From assembly GCA_045562555.1 (NCBI GenBank), contig JBJKVO010000001.1, forward strand, positions 328,148 to 392,147: DNA of 64,000 nt, given 5' to 3'. The notes beneath the pieces are model-generated. The model ran no database searches and was not told the DNA's origin. It saw nothing but the letters and a program-made list of their open reading frames with translations. This stretch comes from Dehalococcoidia bacterium (lineage in GTDB: Bacteria; Chloroflexota; Dehalococcoidia; Lucifugimonadales; UBA3495). The translations under genes and the position numbers were made by a program. Of this stretch, positions 10,465 to 19,961 are shown one piece after another; positions within the stretch are counted from its first letter, which is position 1; each line of letters opens with the position of its first letter.

Positions 10465-11667
10465 ATGAATTTAAGATACTCAGGTTATCCAGTAAGGATA
10501 CATTCTGGAACAAATAGTTTGGATCGGATTGACTCTGAATTAAATAGAGTGAATTCTAAAAGGGCGATGATTGTTTGTGGCCAATCGATAGCTAAAAGAA
10601 CCAACTTAATAGAAAGGGTAAAGAATGTGTGCAAACCGCCTGAGAGGATAGTTTGTGTTTTTGACCAAGCAGAGACGAGCTCCCCTCTGCCTTCTGTGCT
10701 AAAAGGTGTCCAAATTGCAGAAGAAAACCAAGTTGATTGTATTATATCTGTAGGAGGCGGTAGTTCTATTGTTACTACTAGAGGAATATTAATATTATTG
10801 GCGGAAAACGGTACTGCCTCTGATCTGTGTACACAATATCCAGAGGGTGGGAGACCGATTAGTCCTCGGCTAGATGAAGAAAAATTACCCACGATATCTA
10901 TTATTACTACTCCTACTACTGCGACAAATAGATCGGGAACGGCATTGAAAGATCTGGAAACTGGGACACGATTGGAATTGTTCGATCCCAAAACACGGCC
11001 AGTTGCTGTAGTGTGGGACAAAGAAGCTTTAGAAACGGCTAGTGTGGAATTGACAAAAAGCGCGTCAGCATCGTTATTGACTGGAGTTTTAGCAGGATTA
11101 CTATCTCCTGTTTTGAATCCTTTGGCAGCAAGCGATTTAACTGGTTCTTTGGATATCTTGTTGCATAATTTACCCCTCATAGATTCAGTTGATAAGTATG
11201 GTGATGTTAGCTTAAATTTGTGCGCGGCTTCATTTTTGTACAACAGAGCTTGCGATAGTGGTGTCGGTGGAACTGCTCTAGGGGTTGTTAGTGCCATATC
11301 TCATTCAATTGATACTAGGTTTCCCAATTGTAGCCACGGAGATGCATATTCAGTCATGACATCACATGGTATATCTTTTAATGGGGCTGCCATTACCGAG
11401 ACTAGTAATCGCTTAATTCACATATTGGAACGTGCCAATATTAATAGCTTTCCTGGAAGAGGTGAGAATAGTGATCGTTTGTCGACGTGGATTAGAAACT
11501 TTTTTGAGGAAATAGGAATGCCAACAAGACTAGCTAGCATTGGTGTGAATGATGGAGACATTCACTCTATCGCACAAGATGCAATGGAAGATTTCCCAAT
11601 GCATAGTAATATCAGGAAAGTTAACAATATAGAAGAAATTGAAGAACTATTATCTGGGGCATTATGA
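10465..11667 (+). CDS. Iron-containing alcohol dehydrogenase / maleylacetate-reductase-like oxidoreductase
   Basis: ISVGGGSSIVTTRG and Fe-ADH-type architecture. I prefer ATG 10465, preceded by AGAGGA, over the track start 10426. Confidence 0.65.
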   Translation: MNLRYSGYPVRIHSGTNSLDRIDSELNRVNSKRAMIVCGQSIAKRTNLIERVKNVCKPPERIVCVFDQAETSSPLPSVLKGVQIAEENQVDCIISVGGGSSIVTTRGILILLAENGTASDLCTQYPEGGRPISPRLDEEKLPTISIITTPTTATNRSGTALKDLETGTRLELFDPKTRPVAVVWDKEALETASVELTKSASASLLTGVLAGLLSPVLNPLAASDLTGSLDILLHNLPLIDSVDKYGDVSLNLCAASFLYNRACDSGVGGTALGVVSAISHSIDTRFPNCSHGDAYSVMTSHGISFNGAAITETSNRLIHILERANINSFPGRGENSDRLSTWIRNFFEEIGMPTRLASIGVNDGDIHSIAQDAMEDFPMHSNIRKVNNIEEIEELLSGAL

Positions 11668-11685
11668 GACATATATTGGTTAGAA

Positions 11686-13251
11686 ATGAAATATGACCAC
11701 ATAATTATAGGCGCCGGATCGGCCGGATGCGTCTTGGCCTCTAGATTGTCTGAGGATCCGGATGTGTCTATCTTGTTAATCGAAGCTGGTCCTGATTACT
11801 CTGACTTTGAATCAGTCCCTGACGATGTGAAGTATGGGAATAATATGTGGCGATCAGCTTATGGTAATCATAGTTGGGGGTATCCTGCCTTTCCTACTAG
11901 TGATAGAGATGCACCGATGATTATTCCTAGAGGAAAGGTTGTTGGAGGATCTAGTTCCATCAATGGTCAAGTAATATGTAGGGGTATTCCTGAAGATTAT
12001 GATAATTGGGCTTCTTGGGGTAATTCGGAATGGTCGTTCGAAAAAGTCCTGCCATATTTCAGAAAATTAGAAAATGATCTGGATTTCGGTTCAAGCGATA
12101 TCCACGGCAATGATGGACCGATCCCAGTGCGGCGCTACAAAAGAGATGAATTATTACCCTCTTTTGACCAGTTCTATGAATCCTGTGTGAATTTGGGATA
12201 TCCCGAGGATCCCGACCAGAATAGCCCAGAGTCGTTCGGTATCGGGATGAGAGCGTTAAATAATATCGATGGAATCAGGATGAGTACTTCATTCACTTAT
12301 CTAAACGTATCTAGGCATAGGCTGAATTTGACGATAAAAGCTAATGTGTTTGTAGACCGAATATTATTTGAAGGGGATAAAGCAATAGGATGTAGTGTCA
12401 AGAGTGGTAATGAAATATATGATGTTTTTGGTGAAAACATCATATTGTGTGGAGGGGCGATAGCATCTCCTCAATTATTAATGGTTTCCGGCGTAGGCCC
12501 ACAAAAATTGCTAAATGCCTACAGAATTCCAATTGTCCATGAATTGAAAGGTGTTGGCGAAAATTTAAGAGATCATCCTGCGGCATTTGTATTGCTAAAA
12601 TCAGACGCTTCGTTGGAAGATGAATTTGCTCCAAACATACAGGTAGGATTAACCTGTAGCCCAAAGAATTCATCTACTATTTCAGATTTGAAAATATGTC
12701 CCATCTTGATGTCAAGTGAACATGCCCCTCCCAGTGTACAAATTGATTCCGAAGACTTCCACTTTGGTATAAGTTTTGCTTTACAGAACGCAGTGGGTTC
12801 TGGAAACTTGACTATTACTTCTTCTGATCCATGCGTTTATCCCACTATTAATTATAATTACCTGGGTAAAGAGTACGATCTTGATCGCATGAGAGAAGCA
12901 TTGGGATTAGTGTTGGATATTATTAATGAAGATCCCCTTAGCAACCACATAATTGAACGAGTAAGCCCAACGGATTCTCAGCTTCGGGATGTCGAATCTC
13001 AAAATGAATGGCTGTTGGGTAATGTTTATACAGATCACCATACCTCTGGGACTTGTAAAATGGGTTCTGCGGATGATGAATTTGCTGTAGTGGACCAGTA
13101 TTGTAATGTGTATGGCATAAAAAACTTGAAGGTTGTGGACGCGTCAGTTATGCCCGATGTTATAAGGTCGAATACAAATGTGACGGTCATCATGATAGCT
13201 GAAAAAGTAGCAGATTGGATTAAAGAAACAGATAAAGGAGAAAGACTATGA
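11686..13251 (+). CDS. GMC-family FAD oxidoreductase (choline-dehydrogenase-like), copy 1
   Basis: IIGAGSAGCVLASRLSE FAD fold, GGSSSINGQ, C-terminal HTSGTCKMG active-site region. Confidence 0.85.
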   Translation: MKYDHIIIGAGSAGCVLASRLSEDPDVSILLIEAGPDYSDFESVPDDVKYGNNMWRSAYGNHSWGYPAFPTSDRDAPMIIPRGKVVGGSSSINGQVICRGIPEDYDNWASWGNSEWSFEKVLPYFRKLENDLDFGSSDIHGNDGPIPVRRYKRDELLPSFDQFYESCVNLGYPEDPDQNSPESFGIGMRALNNIDGIRMSTSFTYLNVSRHRLNLTIKANVFVDRILFEGDKAIGCSVKSGNEIYDVFGENIILCGGAIASPQLLMVSGVGPQKLLNAYRIPIVHELKGVGENLRDHPAAFVLLKSDASLEDEFAPNIQVGLTCSPKNSSTISDLKICPILMSSEHAPPSVQIDSEDFHFGISFALQNAVGSGNLTITSSDPCVYPTINYNYLGKEYDLDRMREALGLVLDIINEDPLSNHIIERVSPTDSQLRDVESQNEWLLGNVYTDHHTSGTCKMGSADDEFAVVDQYCNVYGIKNLKVVDASVMPDVIRSNTNVTVIMIAEKVADWIKETDKGERL

Positions 13252-14795
13252 AGTATGACTATATAATCATTGGTGCAGGATCAGCTGGCTGCGTCTTAGC
13301 AACTAGATTGACGGAAAATCCGGATGTCTCGGTATTATTACTCGAGGCTGGACCTGATTACCCAGATTTTGATAAAGTCCCTGACGATGTAAAGTTAGGC
13401 AACAATATGTGGAGATCAGCTTATGGGCCCCACAGTTGGGGGTATCTTGCAACAGCCACTCCCCAGCAATCAGAACCAATAATCATACCCAGAGGGAAGG
13501 TAACAGGAGGGTCTAGTTCAATTAATGGGCAAGTTGTATTTAGAGGCGTGCCAGAAGATTATGATAATTGGGCTGAATGGGGCAACGATGAATGGTCATT
13601 TGACAAAGTATTGCCTTATTTTAGGAAACTTGAGAATGATTTAGATTTTGAATCTAGTGACTTTCACGGCAACGACGGTCCTATCCCGGTAAGAAGGTAT
13701 AAAAAAAGAGATTTGTTACCTTCATTTGATAAATTTTACGACTCTTGTGCTAACTTAGGCTTCCCTGAAGATTCTGATCAAAATAGCCCAGAATCAGAAG
13801 GTATCGGAATGCGTGCTCTCAACAATATAGACGGCGTGCGAATGAGTACAGCTTTTACTTATTTGAGTTTATCCAGGCACAGGCCAAATTTAACTGTTAG
13901 AGGAAGTGTTTTAGTTAATAAAATTCTTTTTGAAGGGGATACTGCCGTAGGTATAGAAGCGGAAAGTGAAGGGGAAGTATTTGTTTTAGAGGGAGAGGAA
14001 ATAATACTTTCCAGTGGGGCTATAGCATCTCCTCAAATTTTAATGCTGTCTGGTGTAGGTCCTAAAGATGTGCTAGACAATGAAGGAATTGAAATTGTAA
14101 AAGAGGTTCCTGGAGTAGGAAAAAACTTGAGAGATCATCCCGCGGCATTTGTGCTGCTAAAGGGAGATGGGCCTTTACTTGATACTGACGCACCTAATAT
14201 TCAGGTTGGTTTAAGATGCAGCCCTAGTAATTCAGATACGAGAGCGGATCTGCAAATTGCTCCGATACTAATGTCGAGTGAACATGCTCCATCGAGCGTT
14301 AAAATAGACAGTGACGATTTTCATTTTGGTATTAGTTTTGCTTTGCAAAATGCTGTAGGATACGGCGAACTCACTTTAAATGATGCAAACCCTAGAACTC
14401 AACCCAATATAAATTACGATTATTTAAATGAAGAATATGACAAAGCTCGGATGAGAGAAGGCCTTAAAATGGTCTTAGAAATTGTTAATTCAGATCCCTT
14501 GCAAGAACATGTTGTAGAAATAATGAACCCTTCTCAAGCAGATTTACTAGATGAAAATTCTCAAAATGATTGGTTATTACGTAATGTGTACACTCAGCAT
14601 CATTCCTCTGGGACGTGTAAAATGGGAACCTCAGATGATGAAATGGCTGTAGTTGACCAATACTGTAGAGTATTCGGACTAAATAATTTGCGAGTGGTTG
14701 ATGCGTCAGTGATGCCCGATGTTATAAGAGCTAACACTAATGCAACAACTATGATGATTGCTGAAAAAGTCGCTGATTGGATAAATAATAATTAA
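13248..14795 (+). CDS. GMC-family FAD oxidoreductase, copy 2 (tandem paralog)
   Basis: Collinear with copy 1 along its full length, with many identical blocks (e.g. LPYFRKLENDLDF, HGNDGPIPVRRYK). ATGA overlap with copy 1. Confidence 0.85.
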   Translation: MKYDYIIIGAGSAGCVLATRLTENPDVSVLLLEAGPDYPDFDKVPDDVKLGNNMWRSAYGPHSWGYLATATPQQSEPIIIPRGKVTGGSSSINGQVVFRGVPEDYDNWAEWGNDEWSFDKVLPYFRKLENDLDFESSDFHGNDGPIPVRRYKKRDLLPSFDKFYDSCANLGFPEDSDQNSPESEGIGMRALNNIDGVRMSTAFTYLSLSRHRPNLTVRGSVLVNKILFEGDTAVGIEAESEGEVFVLEGEEIILSSGAIASPQILMLSGVGPKDVLDNEGIEIVKEVPGVGKNLRDHPAAFVLLKGDGPLLDTDAPNIQVGLRCSPSNSDTRADLQIAPILMSSEHAPSSVKIDSDDFHFGISFALQNAVGYGELTLNDANPRTQPNINYDYLNEEYDKARMREGLKMVLEIVNSDPLQEHVVEIMNPSQADLLDENSQNDWLLRNVYTQHHSSGTCKMGTSDDEMAVVDQYCRVFGLNNLRVVDASVMPDVIRANTNATTMMIAEKVADWINNN

Positions 14796-14810
14796 TTGGA
14801 AGGTATTACA

Positions 14811-16223
14811 ATGTCAGGTGAAGTAAGAATAGAAAAAGATTCAATGGGAGAAATGGAAGTTCCAGTTAACGCTCTATATGGAGCTTCAACAATGAGAGCT
14901 GTGCTTAATTTCCCAATTAGCGATCTAAGATTTTCAAGAGAGTTTATAAGAGCTCTCGGATTGATTAAACAATCAGCTGCCAAGGCTAATATGGATTTAG
15001 GGTTTTTAGATGGCAAAATCGGTGCAGCTATTGTTGATGCAGCACAAGAGGTGATTGAAGGTAAATTAGATGAGCATTTTGTACTTGATATATTTCAGAC
15101 AGGCTCTGGAACCTCAACAAATACAAATGCTAATGAAGTTATAGCTAATAGAGCTTCTCAGCTTATGGGAGGAGAATTAGGTTCAAGACTCGTTCATCCA
15201 AATGACAATGTGAATTTAGGACAATCGTCAAATGATGTGATCCCAACGGCGATACATGTTGCATCATTGATAGCAATCAAAGAACAATTGGAACCTGCTC
15301 TTAATGTGCTCAATAAATCATTAAACGACAAGTCACATGAATTTTGGGGGATAATTAAAACTGGTCGGACTCATTTGCAAGATGCTACTCCGATTAGACT
15401 GGGACAAGAATTTTCAGGATTCGCCGGACAGATTGAAAATGGTATTGTACGAGTTGGAAGAATAAAAGAAGCCCTTGCACAAGTTGCTCTAGGAGGTACG
15501 GCTGTTGGTACCGGAGTTAATACTCATCCTGAATTCTCGTCTAGAGTTTGTAAAATTGTTTCAGAAGTTGCAGGTATAGCAGTCACTGAAACTTCCAATC
15601 ATTTTCAGGCACAATCCACACTAGACGCATCGGTTGAGGCAAGTGGTACATTGAGAGCAATTGCTACGAGCCTGCATAAAATAGCAAATGACATCAGATT
15701 TATGGCATGTGGGCCTAGGGCGGGTATAGGAGAAATATTACTTCCGGAAGTTCAACCCGGAAGCTCTATAATGCCAGGTAAAATAAATCCTGTAATTTCT
15801 GAATCAGTCATTCAGGTAGTAGCTCAAATTTACGGAAATGATGCTACAGTAGCTATATCTGGACAAGGAGGATACTTCGAACTTAATACGATGATGCCTG
15901 TAGTAGCATTCAATATATTACAGAGCATATCTTTACTAGCATCTTCTGCTAATAACTTTGCGGTACAGTGCGTAGATGGCATTCAAAGTACGTCTACAGG
16001 GCCAGATATGGTTGAAAGAGGATTAATGCTTGGGACTGCTTTGGCTCCAGAGATAGGATATGACATGGCTGCTGATATAGCCAAAACTGCTGCTAAAGAA
16101 GGATCTACAATAAGGGAAGTGGCTAAAATAAAAACTGATCTCACGGATGCACAGCTCACAGAGCTATTGAATCCTGAAGAAATGACTAAGCCAAGTTTAG
16201 AAGTGTCAGGAGGAGGCGGGTAA
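14811..16223 (+). CDS. fumC: Class II fumarate hydratase
   Basis: EKDSMGEMEVP, SSNDVIPTA, GSSIMPGKINP signature. ATG 14811, preceded by GGAAGG. Confidence 0.85.
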   Translation: MSGEVRIEKDSMGEMEVPVNALYGASTMRAVLNFPISDLRFSREFIRALGLIKQSAAKANMDLGFLDGKIGAAIVDAAQEVIEGKLDEHFVLDIFQTGSGTSTNTNANEVIANRASQLMGGELGSRLVHPNDNVNLGQSSNDVIPTAIHVASLIAIKEQLEPALNVLNKSLNDKSHEFWGIIKTGRTHLQDATPIRLGQEFSGFAGQIENGIVRVGRIKEALAQVALGGTAVGTGVNTHPEFSSRVCKIVSEVAGIAVTETSNHFQAQSTLDASVEASGTLRAIATSLHKIANDIRFMACGPRAGIGEILLPEVQPGSSIMPGKINPVISESVIQVVAQIYGNDATVAISGQGGYFELNTMMPVVAFNILQSISLLASSANNFAVQCVDGIQSTSTGPDMVERGLMLGTALAPEIGYDMAADIAKTAAKEGSTIREVAKIKTDLTDAQLTELLNPEEMTKPSLEVSGGGG

Positions 16224-16227
16224 AAGT

Positions 16228-17358
16228 CTAACGTGCGTTGGCTTTGGCCTTCTCTTTGATTAAAGGAATCAATTCCTTTCCATATTCTGCGGTATCTACC
16301 AAAGGGTCAAATCCTCTAATGATAAATTTGGAGCAGCCTAACTTGTAATATTCCATCAACGCATCTGATACTTGATCGGGAGTACCAACCAAAGCGGTTG
16401 TGCTTCCTGAAGCTCCACTAGCCAAAGCAATTGGCATCCATAGTCTTTCATCATAAGTCTCTTGGTTTAAGGCTTGATCCAATACTCTCCTGGAACCGGT
16501 TGACTGAGGTCGGCTGGATTCTCCTGGTTTAATTCTGTCTCCTAAAGAGCTTTTGACTCGGTCGAGTATATGGTGGGCTTTTTCCCACGCTAATTTTTCG
16601 GTGGGTTCTATTATAGGCCTTACAGACAAACTGAATTGTATAGGTTGGTCTCGGTTAGGGTTGACATTCCGTATGATAGAAATTTGATTTCGAATTGACG
16701 CTAAAGGCTCTCCCCATAAAGCAAACACATCAGCGTACAGTCCTCCTATTCTAGTTGCAATTTCTGACGCTCCTCCAAAGTACATGGGAATAGACGTTGG
16801 ATTATACGGTTTGATTTCACTAAATCCATTCTCGATTTTATAGTATTTACCATCGAAATTGAACGGCTCGTTAGAGTGCCATGTTTTTTTTAATACTTGC
16901 ATGTATTCTTCGGTTCTCAGATAACGATCATCATGACTTATCCAATCACCGTCACGTTTTTGATCGGCATCACTCCCGCCAGATATAACGTGCAATGCGA
17001 TTCGTCCATTTGTTAGATGGTCGAGTGTGGCAGCCTGCCTGGCTGCCAATGTTGGTGCTACAAAACCTGAACGATGAGCTATTAGGAATCCTAGTTTGGA
17101 TGTTTGGGAAGCTGCATATGATGCGATGGCAAATCCATCGGGAGTAACGGCAGAGTAGCCAATTAATACTTTGTCAAAGCCGCTAGTTTCATGAGCTTTC
17201 GAAAATTCGGATATATATAACTTGTCCAATCCTACAGGGATTTCACTACCTGGGTTTATTACTCCCCCAAAAACACTCAAAGAGGCGCCTGATTGACCTT
17301 CAGACTCTCTATGTACTCCAATCATACCAATGATTTCTGGTATAGAGTGATTCAACAT
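16228..17358 (-). CDS. Luciferase-like (LLM class) flavin-dependent monooxygenase
   Basis: TIM-barrel LLM pattern (GRIALHVISGG...YFGGAS). Length is 376 aa. Confidence 0.75.
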   Translation of the reverse strand: MLNHSIPEIIGMIGVHRESEGQSGASLSVFGGVINPGSEIPVGLDKLYISEFSKAHETSGFDKVLIGYSAVTPDGFAIASYAASQTSKLGFLIAHRSGFVAPTLAARQAATLDHLTNGRIALHVISGGSDADQKRDGDWISHDDRYLRTEEYMQVLKKTWHSNEPFNFDGKYYKIENGFSEIKPYNPTSIPMYFGGASEIATRIGGLYADVFALWGEPLASIRNQISIIRNVNPNRDQPIQFSLSVRPIIEPTEKLAWEKAHHILDRVKSSLGDRIKPGESSRPQSTGSRRVLDQALNQETYDERLWMPIALASGASGSTTALVGTPDQVSDALMEYYKLGCSKFIIRGFDPLVDTAEYGKELIPLIKEKAKANAR

Positions 17359-17375
17359 GTGAGAATACCCATTGA

Positions 17376-17816
17376 TTAACCTAATCTATATGGACTATAA
17401 GACTCAGGGCTCACAGAATCCAATGGTAATCCTTTATCACCAGCAGCTTTTATACATGCTGTACACCGATCTTGAGGATCATGATTGATAGCAGGCCAGA
17501 TATCTTTACTGACAATACCACATATAAATAAAGGAGAGACCTCTTCTATTCCTAAGCTTTCAACGTAATGAAGCATCCCTTTACCGTCGGGGGTAAGTCG
17601 CCACCAAGGGGTAGTAGACTCTCCTACTGAATATATGTGTTCTCTATATTCATCTATCCACGTGCCTTCAGGTATTTCGACCACCCATGAGCTTCTACCA
17701 TTTGCATTTTCTTGTTTGAAGCCGTTAAGTTTACCTTGTTGTATATACTGCCTAATAACTCGTTTGGATACGTTTAGGATTCGAGATGCATCCTGTATGC
17801 TGAGTACTTCTGCCAT
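17376..17816 (-). CDS. Helix-turn-helix (excisionase/MerR-like HTH_17) protein with an uncharacterised Cys-containing C-terminal domain
   Basis: N-terminal LSIQDASRILNVSKRVIRQYIQQGKL. GAGGA SD. Lies between the ALS paralog and the LLM gene with 42-nt and 17-nt gaps. Confidence 0.5.
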   Translation of the reverse strand: MAEVLSIQDASRILNVSKRVIRQYIQQGKLNGFKQENANGRSSWVVEIPEGTWIDEYREHIYSVGESTTPWWRLTPDGKGMLHYVESLGIEEVSPLFICGIVSKDIWPAINHDPQDRCTACIKAAGDKGLPLDSVSPESYSPYRLG

Positions 17817-17858
17817 AATATCCTCATCTTCGTTGCTATTTAGTTATACATATTACCG

Positions 17859-19556
17859 TCAATCAGCTGAAGTTGCACTAGTCAGAGGATCTTCTAGAGT
17901 ATCAGGTAAAGATCCCCCCGGAGGAACCATGGGGAATACGTTTACAGATGGATCGATGACAAATTCAAGTAAATATGGCCCATTGTGTTCTTGAGCTTTT
18001 AGTAGAGCCGCAGCTACATCTTCTTGTTCAGTAATCCTAACAGCAGGTATACCGTAAGATTCAGATAATTTCACATAGTCAGGACCTGGCATGGGGATTT
18101 GATTGAGGTGCCCATCAAAATACATTTCTTGCCATTGTTTTACCATTCCAAGAACTCCATTATTCAACAGTACTATTTTTACTGGTAAGTTTTCATGAGC
18201 TAATACCATCAATTCTTGTAAAGTCATTTGGAAACCCCCATCACCAGCTATTGTCCATACGGTGGAGTCTGGGGCTGCTACTTGAGCCCCTAATGCTGCA
18301 GGCACCTCGAACCCCATAGCTCCGAGCCCTCCTGATGAAATGAAAGTGTTAAATTTATCAAGGAATAAGAATTGAGCTGCCCACATTTGGTGTTGCCCTA
18401 CTCCGGTTACCACATTTGTATTCGGATTTTGTTGGATAATATCATTAAGATCTTTAAGTACATGCTGGGCAAGAAGTTTCTCGGTTTTTGGTATCGCTAA
18501 TGAAGGGTGTTCTTCTTTAATTTTCAGTATTGACGATACCCAAGCGCTATGCTCTGCTTTCTCCAGTAAAGGTAATAATTCCGTCAGCACTGCTTTTGCA
18601 TCTCCTGGCAGGCCTACTTCAGTTGGAACATTTCTCCCTATTTGAGAAGATTCAATATCAATATGTATTATTCGCGCATGTGGGGCAAAAGCGGCAGTAT
18701 TACCAGTTACTCGGTCATCGAACCGCATACCAACACCAAATATGACATCCGCCTGATCTGTAGCCATATTTGACCAGTACATACCATGCATTCCTAACAT
18801 GCCTAATGACATGTCGTTGTTGCGAGGGAAATTGCTTAAACCTAACAGAGTATTTATTACTGGGATGCCGGTTTTTTCTGATAAATCCAGTAATTCTTGA
18901 TCAGCTTTGGAAATCAGGACACCGTGACCAGCTATTATTACAGGACGCTCTGCTTGATTTAAGAGTCTCGCTGCATCAGGAAGCTTTGCTCTGGTTTCTT
19001 GAGATATTGTGGGAGTGGGAATAGGCTTTACTTCTGGGTAATTGAATTCCGCTAGTTCTAGCTGTACATCCCTGGGGATGTCGATTAATACAGGTCCGGG
19101 CCTCCCTTCTTGTGCCACTTGGAAGGCCTCATGGATTGTATCAGCCAGATCGTCAGTTGACATAACCAAAAAAGTTCTTTTAGTGCATGCTGCTGCGATC
19201 GAACAAATGTCACATTCCTGAAATGCCTCTGATCCTAGGGCTGTCCTGGCAACTTGGCCAGTTATAGCAACCATTGGAACGGAATCTGCTTTAGCCCCCA
19301 TGATTCCTGTAACTAGATTGGTTGCCCCAGGCCCTGATGTAGCAACACATACGCCTGGCTTTCCTGTTATCCTAGCGTATCCATCTGCGGCATGTGCTGC
19401 AGACTGTTCGTGCCTGACTAGTATGTGCTTTAGTTGGGGGTAACTCCAGAGTGCGTCATAAAATGGGAGGATTGCTCCACCTGGATGCCCAAATAAGACT
19501 TCAACCCCTTCTTTAAGTAGACTTTCGCAAACTATTTCCGCGCCTTTTAGTTTCAC
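17859..19556 (-). CDS. Acetolactate synthase large (catalytic) subunit paralog; no adjacent small subunit
   Basis: Collinear with ilvB at 35024-36715 (GVGQHQMWAAQF, GGLGAMGFEVPAALGA, IAGDGGFQMT). I prefer GTG 19556, preceded by GGAG, giving VKLKGAEIV, which parallels MKLTGAEIV of ilvB. The track's longer N-terminus overlaps the T-box terminator. Confidence 0.85.
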   Translation of the reverse strand: MKLKGAEIVCESLLKEGVEVLFGHPGGAILPFYDALWSYPQLKHILVRHEQSAAHAADGYARITGKPGVCVATSGPGATNLVTGIMGAKADSVPMVAITGQVARTALGSEAFQECDICSIAAACTKRTFLVMSTDDLADTIHEAFQVAQEGRPGPVLIDIPRDVQLELAEFNYPEVKPIPTPTISQETRAKLPDAARLLNQAERPVIIAGHGVLISKADQELLDLSEKTGIPVINTLLGLSNFPRNNDMSLGMLGMHGMYWSNMATDQADVIFGVGMRFDDRVTGNTAAFAPHARIIHIDIESSQIGRNVPTEVGLPGDAKAVLTELLPLLEKAEHSAWVSSILKIKEEHPSLAIPKTEKLLAQHVLKDLNDIIQQNPNTNVVTGVGQHQMWAAQFLFLDKFNTFISSGGLGAMGFEVPAALGAQVAAPDSTVWTIAGDGGFQMTLQELMVLAHENLPVKIVLLNNGVLGMVKQWQEMYFDGHLNQIPMPGPDYVKLSESYGIPAVRITEQEDVAAALLKAQEHNGPYLLEFVIDPSVNVFPMVPPGGSLPDTLEDPLTSATSAD

Positions 19557-19586
19557 TTTTACTCCATTATATGGGGCTATTTGAAT

Positions 19587-19850
19587 AAAAAAATCCCGCC
19601 CCCTATACAAGGGACGGGATTTTCCCGCGTTACCACCCTAATTGCTCAAGCCGTTGCTTGAGCCGCTCAATAACGACACTAACATGCCGCGTGATATTTA
19701 CAGGTCACGAATTCTGTCCTAGCTTACTTGGCTTAGCTGTTCAGCAGGCCGCTCCAGAGGGATTTTCCTTTAACTTCTAGTGTCTGCTTTCACCGTACCA
19801 GACTCGCTTTACTGTTAGATTAAAGTACTCGTCTCTTTCAACGCGTTTAT
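19587..19850 (-). promoter_or_regulatory. T-box riboswitch leader (specifier ambiguous: AUC Ile or AAU Asn) with intrinsic terminator
   Basis: On the minus strand: AAUUAGGGUGGUAACGCG T-box motif (19626-19638). Terminator AUCCCGUCCC-UUGUAUAG-GGGGCGGGAU plus U7 (19587-19624). Stem I has the AGUA/GAA S-turn, distal hairpin GUCUG...CAGAC and a K-turn-like GGAGCG. Confidence 0.8.
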
Positions 19851-19961
19851 ACTACGATATCATGCAAAATTCCGTAGTGTCAATAAAATCTAAGAGTTTA
19901 TGTTTTGTTTGTATTTATAATGTAGAATAAATTTATTACTTTTAAAGCGAGTATCAACACT

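Noticed and set aside
10485-11297. 270-aa ORF antisense to the Fe-ADH-like gene
   Set aside because: It is fully embedded opposite a gene with clear family motifs. Its sequence is low-complexity and P/S/L-rich, with no SD and no recognisable domain. Long antisense ORFs of this kind are common artefacts.
19557-19610. N-terminal extension MYRGRDFFIQIAPYNGVK of the ALS paralog in the ORF track
   Set aside because: This stretch is the T-box terminator stem and its U tract. GTG 19556, preceded by GGAG, aligns with the start of the ilvB paralog.
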